The notes beneath the pieces are model-generated. The model worked only from the letters and a program-made list of their open reading frames with translations, did not search any database and was not told the origin of the DNA. Made by a program: the position numbers and the translations under genes. Below are positions 36,690 to 48,625 of a DNA stretch of 60,000 bases, piece by piece. Source of the stretch: Malacoraja senta (taxonomy: Eukaryota); the NCBI GenBank assembly GCA_038087875.1, contig CM075988.1, forward strand, positions 12,154,001 to 12,214,000. Reading direction: 5' to 3'. Position 1 is the stretch's first letter; every line of letters starts with the position of its first letter.

Positions 36690-37530
36690 CTCAAATGAAA
36701 TGTTGGGTTTTATGGGGATTTAAAAGAAGACATTTATATGCAAATTTACAGCATGCTAGTGAGGCCAAACCTGGACTACTATGTACAGTTTTGGTCTCCG
36801 TATTTAAGGAAAGATGGGGTTGCATTAGAGATAGAATGCAAAGTGTTTATTAAATTAATGTGTAGGAAGGAACTGCAGTTGCTGGTTTACACCAAAGATA
36901 GATACAAATTGATGGAGTAACTCAGCGGGACAGGCAGCATCTCTCTCTCGAGAAGGAAAGGGTGACATTACGTGTTGAGACCCTTCGTCAGTTTGAAGAA
37001 GAGTCTTGACTCAAAACGTCACCCATTTCTTCTCTCCAGAGATGCTGCCTGTCCCGCTGAGTTACTCCAGCATTTTGTGTCTATCTTCATTAGATTAATT
37101 CCTAACATTGAACGGTTGTCGCATGAAGAAAGGTTAAGCAGGTTGGTTCTGTGCTTGGAGTTCAGAGAATGTGAGGTGATCTCATTAAAATGTATCACAT
37201 TCTGAAGAGGATTAACAGACATGTTTCCTTCATTGGGGTTTCTTGAACCAGGGGGCAATGTTTCAGAATAAAGGGTTGCCCTTTTGAGAGGTAAATGGTG
37301 AGAAATTTTGTCTGGCAGATGAGTGTGAGTGTTTGAAAGTCTCCACCCCAAAGATCTGTGGAGTAGAAATCATTGCATAAAAAAACCGTTCATTCAAATT
37401 GAATCAAAGGGTTTTGGAGGGAGCAGGGGAATGGTATTGAACCGTAGTTTAATCATAGTTGAATAATGAATTATTGAATGGCAGAGCAGATTTGAAGGGT
37501 GGATCAGCCCACACCTCCTGTTTATGTTCT
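36690..37530 (+). mobile_element. Old CR1 LINE 3' portion interrupted by an inverted Penelope-derived dimer (about 36860-37087)
   Basis: ORF pieces LVRPNLDYYVQFWSPYLRKD and RLIPNIERLSHEERLSRL match the CR1 RT C-terminus. Confidence 0.85.
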
Positions 37531-37599
37531 GATGGGGCCAAATGTGGTTGATATATTCTCTTGTGGGAAAAAATCAGTTTGTTCACACAAAGTTTACAA

Positions 37600-37880
37600 T
37601 ACAAGGCATTTCTCCTCCATCCACGATTAACCACTGACTGACGTCAATAATGGACCATATTGGTGATCTTGAATCACAGAGAATCTAAACTCTGTGAGAC
37701 TGTCTGATTTCCTTTCTTGAACAACATTAGTGAACAATGTGGGTTTTTAGATCGTTCTGACAGATTCATTCTTGCTGATCCCAATACTGGCACTTTCATT
37801 GCTGATGATCCAAATATTGGTGGGTGTAAAGATTGGAACTTGCTTTCTCATGGCAACTTGGTGAAGTGCTTTGTACCCCT
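37600..37880 (-). mobile_element. Old Deu-domain-like SINE
   Basis: ctgatttcctttcttgaacaacattagtgaacaatgtgggtttttag is the reverse of the Deu-like core. Confidence 0.45.
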
Positions 37881-38369
37881 CACCCAATGCATTTGATCAC
37901 GTTTTGATCAAGATTGCGATATGGTATGACATTGATTTTACAAGCTCTTGCTTTAATTATCAGGCTCAACTGTACATTAGATCTTGCCCTTATCAGTGTG
38001 AAATGATTTTAGAGGAATGGGAGATTTATGATTGTAAAACATAAGGACATTGAATGCTGAAAAAGTTTAAACACCAGACTTGGTAACTTTAATGTCTAGA
38101 CATACCACATCTTCTTGTCCCTTGTGGAGCACCGTGCAGAGTATACAGAGTAACATGTGCAAACATGGAGATCTCTTTGAGGCCCATGAAGAAAGATGTC
38201 CATGTCATTTTTAATATAACCAACACCGCTCTCCTCTGTTACTTGAAAGGAAAGAGTAAAATGCATTTACATAGGACTTCATTAACAGGTAAACCATCAT
38301 TTAATTTTCATGGGTCTTTCAAACCACATTGGTGTGAGATGTACTAATTCTCAATAATGAGTGGATAAT

Positions 38370-38672
38370 GTTTAGTTTAGAGATACAGCATGGAAACAAG
38401 CCCTTCGGCCCACCTAGTCCGCACTGACCAGCAATCCCGCACACCAACACTATCCTACACACACCCGGGACAATTTTACATTCATACCAAGACAATTAAC
38501 CTACAAACCTGCACGTCTTTGGAATGTGGGAGGAAACCGAAGATCTTGGAGAAAACCCACACATGTCACGGGGAAAACGTACAAACTCCCTACAGACAAG
38601 TACCCATAGTTAGGATCAAACCCATATTTCTGGTGATGTAAGGGAGTAGCTCTACCACTAGGCCACCGTGCT
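38370..38672 (-). mobile_element. HE1-type SINE
   Basis: Full-length reversed copy. Confidence 0.9.
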
Positions 38673-39392
38673 GTCCTGATTTCTGTTGGTGCCTTTTGGT
38701 GTAGCATCTTTCGACACAGTGAAGGCTTCACTTCAATCAAGGTTCATGTTATCATCAATGTTGTAGGACTCACTTCAGTAATATATTCATAGTCACAATC
38801 TTCTTCCCATGGGTATTATGCTAAGATTAAGTAGACATTTTCCTGGATTTCCCACCTATTCTCACAAGACAATTCATGGATCTAAAAAATCTCTACAATC
38901 TTTACAAAATCCCATTTTCTTATCACAGACCTGTTGATACTGTGAGCACTCAAATCATAACTCTTTTCTCTTATCGCATGTATCATGACTTTATGCCTTA
39001 AGTCTGCATCGACCTCAATCTTCCAGTCCAGATTTGGCAGAACCTAACTTGGATGTGATCCAAGGTGAGTTTTCTGCACCTCAACTGCTCTGCTGAACTG
39101 CACTCTATTGTTGGGATAGACAGAGAATTGTAGAACAGAAGTAAATCTATAGGTTGATGCCACATGAAAAACCTGCTCTAATTGGCCTTGCATGGTTATT
39201 TCACAGTATGAATATACATCTCAACTTCTAATGAAAGATGTGAAGTGCTATTTGATCCCATTTTGATCCACAAAGTGCTTGCTTGCAATGGTTGATATTG
39301 TAAATCATTATCCAATCCAATCCAACAATAGGCCTGAGCTCTCTAAGTGCATTCAGTGATAGTGTATGTGACATGGCTAGTGTATGAGTGAC

Positions 39393-39697
39393 ATGGCAGC
39401 GCAGTGGTAGAGTTGCTGCTTTGCAGCGCCAGAGTCCCGGGTTCGATCCTGACTACGGGTACGGACTGTATGTAGTTTGTACATTCTCCTTGTACCTGCG
39501 TGGGTTTTTTCCAGATGCTCTAATTTCCACCCACACTCCAAATACGTAATGGTTTGTAGGCTAATTGGCATGATGAACTTGTAAATTGTCCCTAGTGTGT
39601 GTAGGATAGTGTTAGTGTGTGGGGATCGCTGGTCAGCGTGGACTCGGTGAGCCAAAGGACCTAGTTCCTGTGCTGTATCTCGAAACTAAACAAAACC
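39393..39697 (+). mobile_element. HE1-type SINE, well preserved
   Basis: A-box tggcagcgcagtggtagag, B-box ggttcgatcc, CR1-derived tail gctgtatctcgaaactaaac. Confidence 0.92.
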
Positions 39698-40745
39698 AAA
39701 GGCTCCTTATGCATAGTCTCAAAACATGCTTACTGGCTGTCCACCAATATGAGGAAGTTGTCCAAATTTTTCTTGCAGTAATCCATATGGATACATGGGG
39801 ACGGCTTTGTGGGAGCACTGCTGTTGGCTGCGATCAGTGATGTTGGCAAAGAGCACAATTGCTTGGCGAGCTCTTCAGATCCTTTTCTCTGCAGGGCCGA
39901 GTGACAAACTACAGCCTACTCCTGTCATCTCAACAATGCTATTCTGTGTGAAGTTTCTCCACTATTCTGCTGTGTTGTTCTTCGGGTATAATTCTGACCA
40001 TTTGGCCAAAAACTGATATGCACCAGCTGAATTATTTTAGTATTTTGTTGTCCTGGATGGTGCATGTTCAAGCACTGAATCTTTTGTATTTTATGATTTA
40101 GTGTGAACCTATTCATATTCAACTGTACAGATGATTCTGTATGGGTGAATTTCTTGTTCTTGTATTCTGCTTCTCCATTTATAAAGCCCTGATCGCTTTC
40201 CATGTTTATAGTCACTTTCTCATCCTATCCCTTTCAACACACTATGCATAAATGCCTCCAGATCTGTTCTTGTAGCCTTCTAATATTGTGAGTTCTAGTT
40301 TCTTTTGCCTCACCTCATTCTTCGAAAATGAAATGTCTTCTCCCAACTATCTGCCCATTTATGATGGAGAGCTTGTGTAATTCCATCACTGCACTCCTCA
40401 TGATTATTTCTGTGTTTTCCAGTTTTATGTCAAGCACCAATTTGAAAATTGTATCCTCTGTGCACCAAGTCTTTTGTATATAAATATATATATCATATAA
40501 TAAGAAAATCAGTGGTGATCCCTGTTTTGTAGATACAAGGAACCGCAGATACTGCTTTAAAAAGCTGAGTTACTCCAGTACAAATTGCTAAGTACGGAAG
40601 TAACTTAGCAGGTCAGAGAGCATCTCTGGAGAATATGGATAGGTGATGTTTCAGTTCGGTGCCCTTTGGGGTGGTGATGTGGGAACATAACTTACCCTAC
40701 TTGTGCAGGTGACATTTTTTACAAAGGACAAGGAATAAGATCTTG

Positions 40746-40866
40746 TTCATGAGCGATAGGAGAAAAATTAGGCCATTCGGCCCTTCAAGTCTATTCCGCC
40801 ATTCAATCATGGCTAATCTAACTCTTCCTCCTAACCCCATTCTCCTGCCTTCTCCCCCAAATCCCT
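40746..40866 (-). mobile_element. CR1/HER1 3' end
   Basis: aattaggccattcggccc...ccgccattcaatcatggct. Confidence 0.8.
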
Positions 40867-41864
40867 GACACCCATACTAATCAATCTCTGTGATATTTTT
40901 GACATGGGATTGTTTGATACTGGCACTTAATGCCAAACATATTAATTTCACCCATTAGTCACTCTGGAAGAAAAATCAGCCGATTATATAGACATATGGT
41001 GTGCTGAAATGGGTGACATGTTTGTGCCATGCAACCCGTCTGCCTTCCTCTGACCTTTAACGTTCACATTTATATTGCATACGTTTTTACATATTTGCTA
41101 AACATCTCGGAAGGAATGGAACCTTTGCAAATCCACAGGAGTTCTCTATTTTTTTCTATAAATTGCTGACATTATTTCCTAAGCCTTGGTCAATCATAAA
41201 GATGTGACCTATTGATTTTTCGATCAGATCAGCTGGTGATTGACACTGGCAGTCAAGCAGAGCCAGCTGCTATCAGTTATGAAAGCAGATTTGCAGGAAG
41301 TATAGTCAGCAGTTTAATAAATCCAAGGAAGGAGTAAAATGCAAACAAAAAAATGTGATCCGATACAGAAGCAGTTGGATGACATTTGAACACATTTACA
41401 TAGTCTATTTCTCACTGTGAAACAAATTAACTGTTTGAATTATTGATATTCTATTACTTGAAACAAAATATAGTGCATTCCCAATTCCTCAACTGTATAA
41501 TCAAATTATTAAAATTATTACTGCATTCAATGCAAGAATATTGAAATATGATTCATTCTGACTCATGTTCTTGAACTGTGCAGATGAAAGTTTATCAGGC
41601 AAATTGATACTACATTGCTTTGCAAATGCTGCAGCAGTGAATTAAGATTGTTAATACATCACCATAACAGTGACAAACTGTTATACAGTTGTGGGTGAAC
41701 TTGATAACAGAAGAAACTGCACAACAAGCGTGAAAGGGAGAAAAGCCCTGAGGGTAACCAAACCAATTTCCCAGCTGCGTTGCTATGAAAGGTTCATGTG
41801 AGATATGAAACTGAAACATACACATAGGATCTGCACACAGCAATGTGTTTAGGAAAATATGTTC

Positions 41865-42225
41865 GTAATGGTTATGTTATTTGACTAATAAGCAAAAGCA
41901 TGATTTTCGGTCGAAGGATCCGAGTTCAAATTCCACCTCAGCAACTTAAATTCAAATAAATCTCAAAAAACAAAATGCTGATATCAGCCTGAGTGGCTAT
42001 AAACTGCTAGGTTCACCCACAACTGGCTATAAAACTGCTAGATTCTCATCAGAACTCATCTGGTTCCTTCATGTCTTTCAGCAAAGTAAATCTGCCATCT
42101 TTCACTTGCCCCATCTATAAATGATTACAGATCTGCCAAGTCGACCTGCCTGGTTGACCCTTATTGGCATCCTGCACAAACTACTCGGGGTCATGAGGGG
42201 TTTGTAATAAATGACTAGCATACAA
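41865..42225 (+). mobile_element. Old tRNA-headed Deu-domain-like SINE
   Basis: gtaatggttatgtta head, gagttcaaattcc B-box, catctggttccttcatgtctttcagcaaagtaaatctgcc core. Confidence 0.55.
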
Positions 42226-42579
42226 CTGATAATCAAATAGTACTGTGAACACTCATACTTCAGAGCAAAGATTTGTTTTCATTTTAAAATAACAATGCCA
42301 CTTCAATACTTACTCTTTTGTTATATTTCTACTGTTTACTCTTCCCTTATAATCTGTTGAATTCATGACCAATGGCCCCGTGTTTCTTTTCCCCTTGTAT
42401 CAATTCAAATAAAAAATTTATGGCTTTCAATTTTCTTACTGCCTCCTTCAAATGTGCATTCATGTAACATACTGACCTTTTAATACCGCATAGAGGTTCG
42501 GTAAGTTGATATTTAAAAAAAAAAATGCAGCAGATATCTTTATCTTTGGGGCTTCTGGCTCCCAATCCCTCACCCTTTT

Positions 42580-42772
42580 TGTGTAGGAAGGAACTGCAGG
42601 TGTTGGTTTAAACGGAAGATAGACACAAAAAGCTGGAGTAACTCAGCAAAGACAGCATCTCTGACACGTTCTTGAACTGTGCAGGTGAAAGCTTCTCCAT
42701 CAAAGATCTCCATCTTTTCTCCAGAGATGCTGTCTGACCTGTGGAGTTACCTCCAGCTTTTTGTTTCTATCT
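42580..42772. mobile_element. Inverted Penelope-derived dimer with a replaced centre
   Basis: Arms intact, hammerhead region replaced by unrelated sequence at about 42661-42712. Confidence 0.8.
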
Positions 42773-43276
42773 CCCTTGCCCTTTTCACTTGTTTCACATT
42801 CGTTCTTCTGTAAGTCAACAGAGTTACCCAACACACTTCTTCAAATTATTTGTATTGTTGTATTTACTTCATAAAGGGATTAGGTACCCATTTAATAATA
42901 CTGCAGTAAGTTATTCAATGTAACATTACCTGTGTTTAATGTGCTTACAATATTAAATTCTTCAGGCCAAGATTAATCCACAGTGTACATGCATTTGAAA
43001 CCACGAAACTGCTGTAGTTAGTCAAAGATGCATCAAGCTTCCTTTTGGAAGTTGGAAATTAAGTGAATAATTATAGCAATGTGTATGTACATAACCAGCT
43101 GCTTATGCCGTGAGGTGTGCTTAGATTTTACGAGTAAGATGGTTATTTTCAAAAGAGAGCGACTTAAATTTGTGATTTCAATCAGTACAAGTCGTGACTA
43201 CATATTGACAAGACAGAAACCATTGTGTGGAGCAAGGGCTGGATTTCTTTCCATGGGGAGAACAGTGGTAATTCTA

Positions 43277-43370
43277 AAGATAGATACAAAAAGCTGGAAG
43301 AACTCAGCGGTACAGGCAGCACCTCTGGAGAGAAGGAATGGGTGATGTTTCAGGTCGGGACCCTTCTTCA
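43277..43370 (-). mobile_element. Penelope-derived short element with 9-bp TSD
   Basis: gtaattcta at 43268-43276 and 43371-43379. Confidence 0.85.
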
Positions 43371-43572
43371 GTAATTCTATGTTTGCTCAGAGTGACTGGA
43401 GAACCTGGGCTCCTTCTCCCTGGGATTGAGAGTTGAGAGAACATTTCATGGATGTCTACTGGTTGAGATTCAGCGAAGCTGCTCCCATTAGCAGGTGATT
43501 CAAAAAGTCATGGACTTGGATGCAAAAACTGAAGCAATGAACTACAAGGAATTTAAAAAAAAGTTTCATATA

Positions 43573-43780
43573 CAGGCATCTCGTGTTTTACGCAGGGTTT
43601 ATGTTCCTGAGAAGCAATGCGTGATTCAAATATGTGAAAAATAAACCTATACGTCAAAACAGGTGTTAATTTGTGTGCATTATTCCAAAAATACAGCGTG
43701 TAAATTAGGTTTTGATATTAATTAAACAAACGTGTTATTTAGAAACGCATGAATCAAACGCATAAAATGTGGGGTGCCTG
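43573..43780. mobile_element. Tigger/pogo-like (Tc1/mariner) MITE
   Basis: TA|caggcatctcgtgttttacgc ... gcataaaatgtggggtgcctg imperfect TIRs; right TA degenerate; inserted in old CR1 sequence. Confidence 0.7.
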
Positions 43781-44611
43781 TCTATACAGAAAACAGCTCT
43801 GATTTGGAGTTGCACTGCACAACGAGGTGGTTGAAGTCAAATTGATTCCTTCAAAATCAAATTAGTGAGGTATTTGTGAGAGAATAATTTGCAGGGCTAT
43901 AGTGAGTGATGCTGCAATTATTCTCCACTGGTTACAGTTGTAAATTCCACTCCATGTTTCACCTGGTGCAAGGTCTTCTGCTCCATTCATTTCATTGGGG
44001 CTGGGAGGGACCAGGTAAGAATGTATTCAACGTTTGTAAATTGGTTCTTTATTTCATGTTTTTAGGTGTTTTAGGTTTCCTTCATTTGTTTTCAAGTTTT
44101 GTTGTTTAATTAGATTTACCGGTTAATCCTTCTTTACGTTTTTGAATTTGATTGAATATCAATCAGAAACATATAGAATACATGACAATCCAGGAGCTTT
44201 ACCAAACTTTGTTACAGATTGATTTGGGGCAATGCTTGTTCTGCTTGCATCCTTTCCTATACGACCCCAAGCCTACACCACCCCAGCCACTGACATCCAT
44301 ATTGATGTAGATGGGCTCAGCACAGGGAACTGTGGCACCTCCAGGACACCATCAAATTGCCATGTTGCACATCAGAGCTTTAACCACAGCTAACTGCAAA
44401 TTCTGACCTTCATTTCATCATCAGACTGCAGTCTGTCTTTTCATCTAGTTGAGAACTAACAGAACTGTTTTTTCCAAAACCTCTGAGCATGAGATCCATT
44501 ATTTCTGGAATTAGTATCCCGGTAATATGAATTAAAAAGCGTTTGTCAGTTACTGTATCACTGAGTCACAAGCACAGTGTGAAATGGGGGAAATTACAAT
44601 TCTGATGCTGA

Positions 44612-44908
44612 TAGACTTTTGACTTTAGAAATACAGCATGAAAACCGGCCCGTCGGCCCAACGAGTCCACACCGATTGACAATCATTCTGCGTACTAACA
44701 CTATCTTACACACTGGGGACAATTTACAGAAGCCAATTCACCTACAAACCTATATGTTTTTGGAGTGTGGGAAGCAACCGGAGGACCGGGGGAAACCCAT
44801 GCAATATGGGGAGAACGTGCAAACTCTGTACAAGCAGCACCCCTAGTCAGGATTGAACCCTGGTCTCTCGAACTGTAAGGCAGCAGCCCTACCGCCGTGC
44901 CACTGTGC
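44612..44908 (-). mobile_element. HE1-type SINE
   Basis: (gacttt)n tail, tggagtgtgggaag core, reversed tRNA-like head. Confidence 0.88.
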
Positions 44909-45394
44909 TGCACCTGGGACAATGATAGGGACTGGGAAATGGTGTTGTTCATGCCGAATATGGCCTTGAGCCTGTACGGCTCATCGAATTATTCCAAAAT
45001 TGTTTTGGAAGAGTTGTTGAGAGATTGATGGATTTGGATGATCAGGTTGGTGCCATGGATCATAATTGTTCCAATGTCCTGATTTAACATTTCCATGCCC
45101 ATTTCCATTTCCATTTCCATGTCTTGATTTAAGGTTTGTCCTTGTGCTTCCCTGAAACTAAAGTTTCAGTCTCTGCAGGGCAGCTTAAGGAAGAGAGGCA
45201 GATGAAGTGGGACTCCTTCGTAAAACTGAGTAGCCAAATAAAAATTGGGACATTTCTTGCATAAATCCAAGTGAAGATAAATGGAGTGTTTCAAACGAAG
45301 GGATGGGCATTGTAACTTGAGGAACGATGGCTTTGGTGGTGCATAAGGTGGTTGAACAGAGATGTGATTAGGCTGCCCAGATTGTTGAAATAGT

Positions 45395-45965
45395 TTATTC
45401 TAGTTTTGAGAAACAGACCCTTTGGCCCACCAAGTTTGCACCGACCAGCGATCCCCGCATATTAGCACTGTCCTACATACTAGGGGCATTTTTTTTTTAC
45501 AGTTTTAGCAAGCCAATTAACCTATAAGCCATTTGGAGTGTGGGAGGAAAGCATATCTTTGGAGTGTGGGAGGAAACTGGAGTTCCTAAGGAAATAAGAA
45601 CTTGAGGGGTAACCTTTTCACACGAAGGGTGTTGGGTGGATGGAACAAGCTGCCAGAGGAGGTAGTTGAGGCAAGGACTATTCCAACATTTAAAAAACAG
45701 TTAGACAGGTACATGGATAGGACAGGTTTGGACGGATATGGACCAAATGCAGGCAGTTGGGACTTGTGTAGCTGGGACGTGTTGGCCTGTGTGGGCAAGT
45801 TTGGCCAAAGGGCCTGTTAACACACTGTATCACTCTAACACTCTATGAAAACCCACACAGGTCATGGGGAGAACATACAAACTCCGTACAGACCTGTACC
45901 TGTGGTCATAACCGAACCCAGGTCTCTGATGCTGTAAGGCAACAACATGTGCCCACCATGCTGCC
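45395..45965 (-). mobile_element. HE1-type SINE with an inserted plus-strand CR1 3' end (about 45590-45846)
   Basis: SINE halves flank ORF 45602-45820 FTRRVLGGWNKLPEEVVEA...FKKQLDRYM. Confidence 0.85.
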
Positions 45966-46577
45966 CAACGTCATGCCTGAAATCCTTTTTGTTTTAATGC
46001 TTGAAGAAGCTTATTCTCAATGGCCCTTCCACTTTACAGAAAGGGGCAGCCAAAACAGAAGGCAGCATGTAGCCCACTGGTGGAAAAGGATCAGTGGATA
46101 TGAAGTGGGAGCACTTTGCAGAAAACTTCTCATATTCATTTTCCATCTCATTGGCCTTTTGCATCTCGGTGCCAGCAATGAGCTAGTAAACACTTGGCAG
46201 TTGATCAGTGGGAAATTGAATAACCAATCCAACAACGCAAATTCAAGCAGTGCGAGGCTTGGCGCATCTGCAAACCATTTCCACCCCCACCCTATCCTTT
46301 GTTGTAGAGCCAACTCCAAATTCCCTCATCTTTCATTCAAGCAATGTGCCTTCAAATGATAGAGCTAAAACTGAGTGCTGTGTGCATAATTATGCCTCTT
46401 CAACCTAATTGGGACTGCAGACTCAGAAATAATATGCTGATGCAGTTGCTGAGTTAAAGAGACTCTGGTCAACACAGTTTTTCATCTCTCCTGCCCGCTG
46501 AGTATTGGGAATCGAAATTCAGTGAATAGTGTGAAGTAAATAAAAAGAACCGATGTTGCAGCCAAAAAATCTGCAGT

Positions 46578-46920
46578 ATAGAGTCATAGAGTTAAACAGC
46601 GTCGAAACAGGCTTTCGGCCCAACATGCCCACACCAGCCAACATGTCCCAGCTACACTAGTCCCGTTTGCCCATATCACTTCAAACCTGTCCTATTCATG
46701 TACCTGTCTAACTGTTTCTTAAACGGGATAGTTTCTGCCTCAACTATCTCCTCTGGCAGCTCATTCCATGCACCCACCAATCTTTGTGTGAAAAAGTTAC
46801 CCCTCAGATTCCTATTAAATCTTTTCCCCTTCACCTTAAACATATGTCCTCTGGTCCTCGATTCATCTACTCGGCAAGAGGCTATGCATCTACCCGATCT
46901 ATTCCTCTCATGATTTTATG
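46578..46920 (-). mobile_element. CR1 LINE 3' fragment
   Basis: tagagtcatagag tail; catgtacctgtctaactgtttcttaaa; gtgtgaaaaagttacccctcag. Confidence 0.85.
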
Positions 46921-48625
46921 CATGATTGTATATGTAGTCTTGAAACAGACGTCCGTATTATACTTTTATAGTTTAATCACTTAAGTTAAAATAAAGTTTG
47001 CAACAAATTTCCACTGCAGTCACATGCTGGATACCACCAATCAGGCAATTTGTTTTACCTCAGTAATTCCTGGGCAGATATTTTAAATAACAATACAGTT
47101 TTATACCTCAAATGCCAGGTGAATCTTTAGAGGCTTAGCGCCTCCAGCTGCAGTGTCATCTATGATGTATAGTTAAGTACCTAATGTGTGCCAATTAGAC
47201 CGGTAATGTCACAAAAAAATTGCTGTGTGTGCATATTTTTGAGGTAAGCATATTTTAGGTCATGCATTGTATTGGCTAGCTACAGCTTAGGAAGGAGATG
47301 CTGTCCTTTGGTACGTTGCAAATATGACTTTTCCATGGCCATAATTATGATAAACTATATATCATTAGCAAGGATTTACCAAGGAAAAAAATATGCACAG
47401 CATTTTCTCCTTTGAAGATGCAATAAGTTACTGAAAATAGTTGTTTCTGTGCAAAACTATCAGTAAAATTCAAAATGAACCATTGAAGTTGATGGTCAAG
47501 GAACACATTCACTTTTAGATATTATATGATATGTAAACAGTCAGCAACTTAGGTGTTTTGCAGTGTATTTTAGTTCTGGAGTGTTACCTTCAGTGTAAAT
47601 GCCACCTGGTTTCTTGTGATTTTCTGGACAGTTCAAGAGTGAAAATGTTTGACATTGATTTTGATTTTTTTTTCAATATGATTTCCTTTGTAGTATTTAT
47701 TGAGAGCATATTTAATTAAAATAATTTTCATTGTACCCTATGCTTTAGCGAAGCGTCATTTCACACACGAGCAATGAAATAGCAACATTTATCTCTGACA
47801 ATGTATTAAAGTAAAATATAATTGTATTTATGAATGATAATGCTGTTCTTATGTTGAGATACAAGTGGATCATTCTTCTCTTTGAGCAATGTTCTTGTAT
47901 TTAATTGTTCATGGTTGACCAGTACATCCCACTTTCACTTATCTGGATTAAGCTTGATGTCCTTACCAATAAATCATTTGTCTGCGTCTTGCAAATTTTG
48001 CTTGACACATTGCTACTTGGGAGGGAGTGTTCTGAATGTGTTGTGTTCTTTACATGGCAAAATTGTGTTCTGATATCTCTGCCCAATGGCCCTGCTCTTA
48101 GTTTGTGATTTTTCTTCTTGAGAAGGCTCTACTCACTTAATGAAGTCTCTGTAGCTATTGAATCTCTGTCCTTTGTTTCAACTATCTGCCTATCAAAATA
48201 AACCCGTATCTGTGTTCAGCTACTTCCAGCCACGCTTTGCCCCACCTCTCCTCTCTTCCAGCTTTCCTCCCACCCCCACCCTCTTCAATCGGTCTGAATC
48301 ATCATAGAAAGTAGGTGCGAGAGCAGACCACCAGGTCCATCGAGCCCGCACCGCCATTCGCTCATGGCTGAACACCAAACAAACAAACACCCCCACCCAC
48401 AAACAGTAGACACAATACACAGAACACAAGACACTACCCTCCCCTTTATAGCGCTATCACCCCTCTCCACCCCAAGAACCGAGTGATCTCCTGGGGGAGG
48501 CAAAAAAACGGATAAAAACCCAGGTCCAATTCGGGAAAAAAATCCGGGAAATTCCTCTCCGACCCCAATCCAGGCGATCGACACTTGTCCAGGAGATCAC
48601 TCAGGTCTTACTATACTAACCCTAC

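Noticed and set aside
39393..39465. tRNA-like sequence with A and B boxes
   Set aside because: Head of an HE1-type SINE that continues into SINE body and tail; not a tRNA gene
41994..42052. Short tandem duplicates (tggctataaactgctag x2; also agaggaagggtaa x2 at about 53317)
   Set aside because: Two-unit slippage duplications; not CRISPR-like or otherwise patterned
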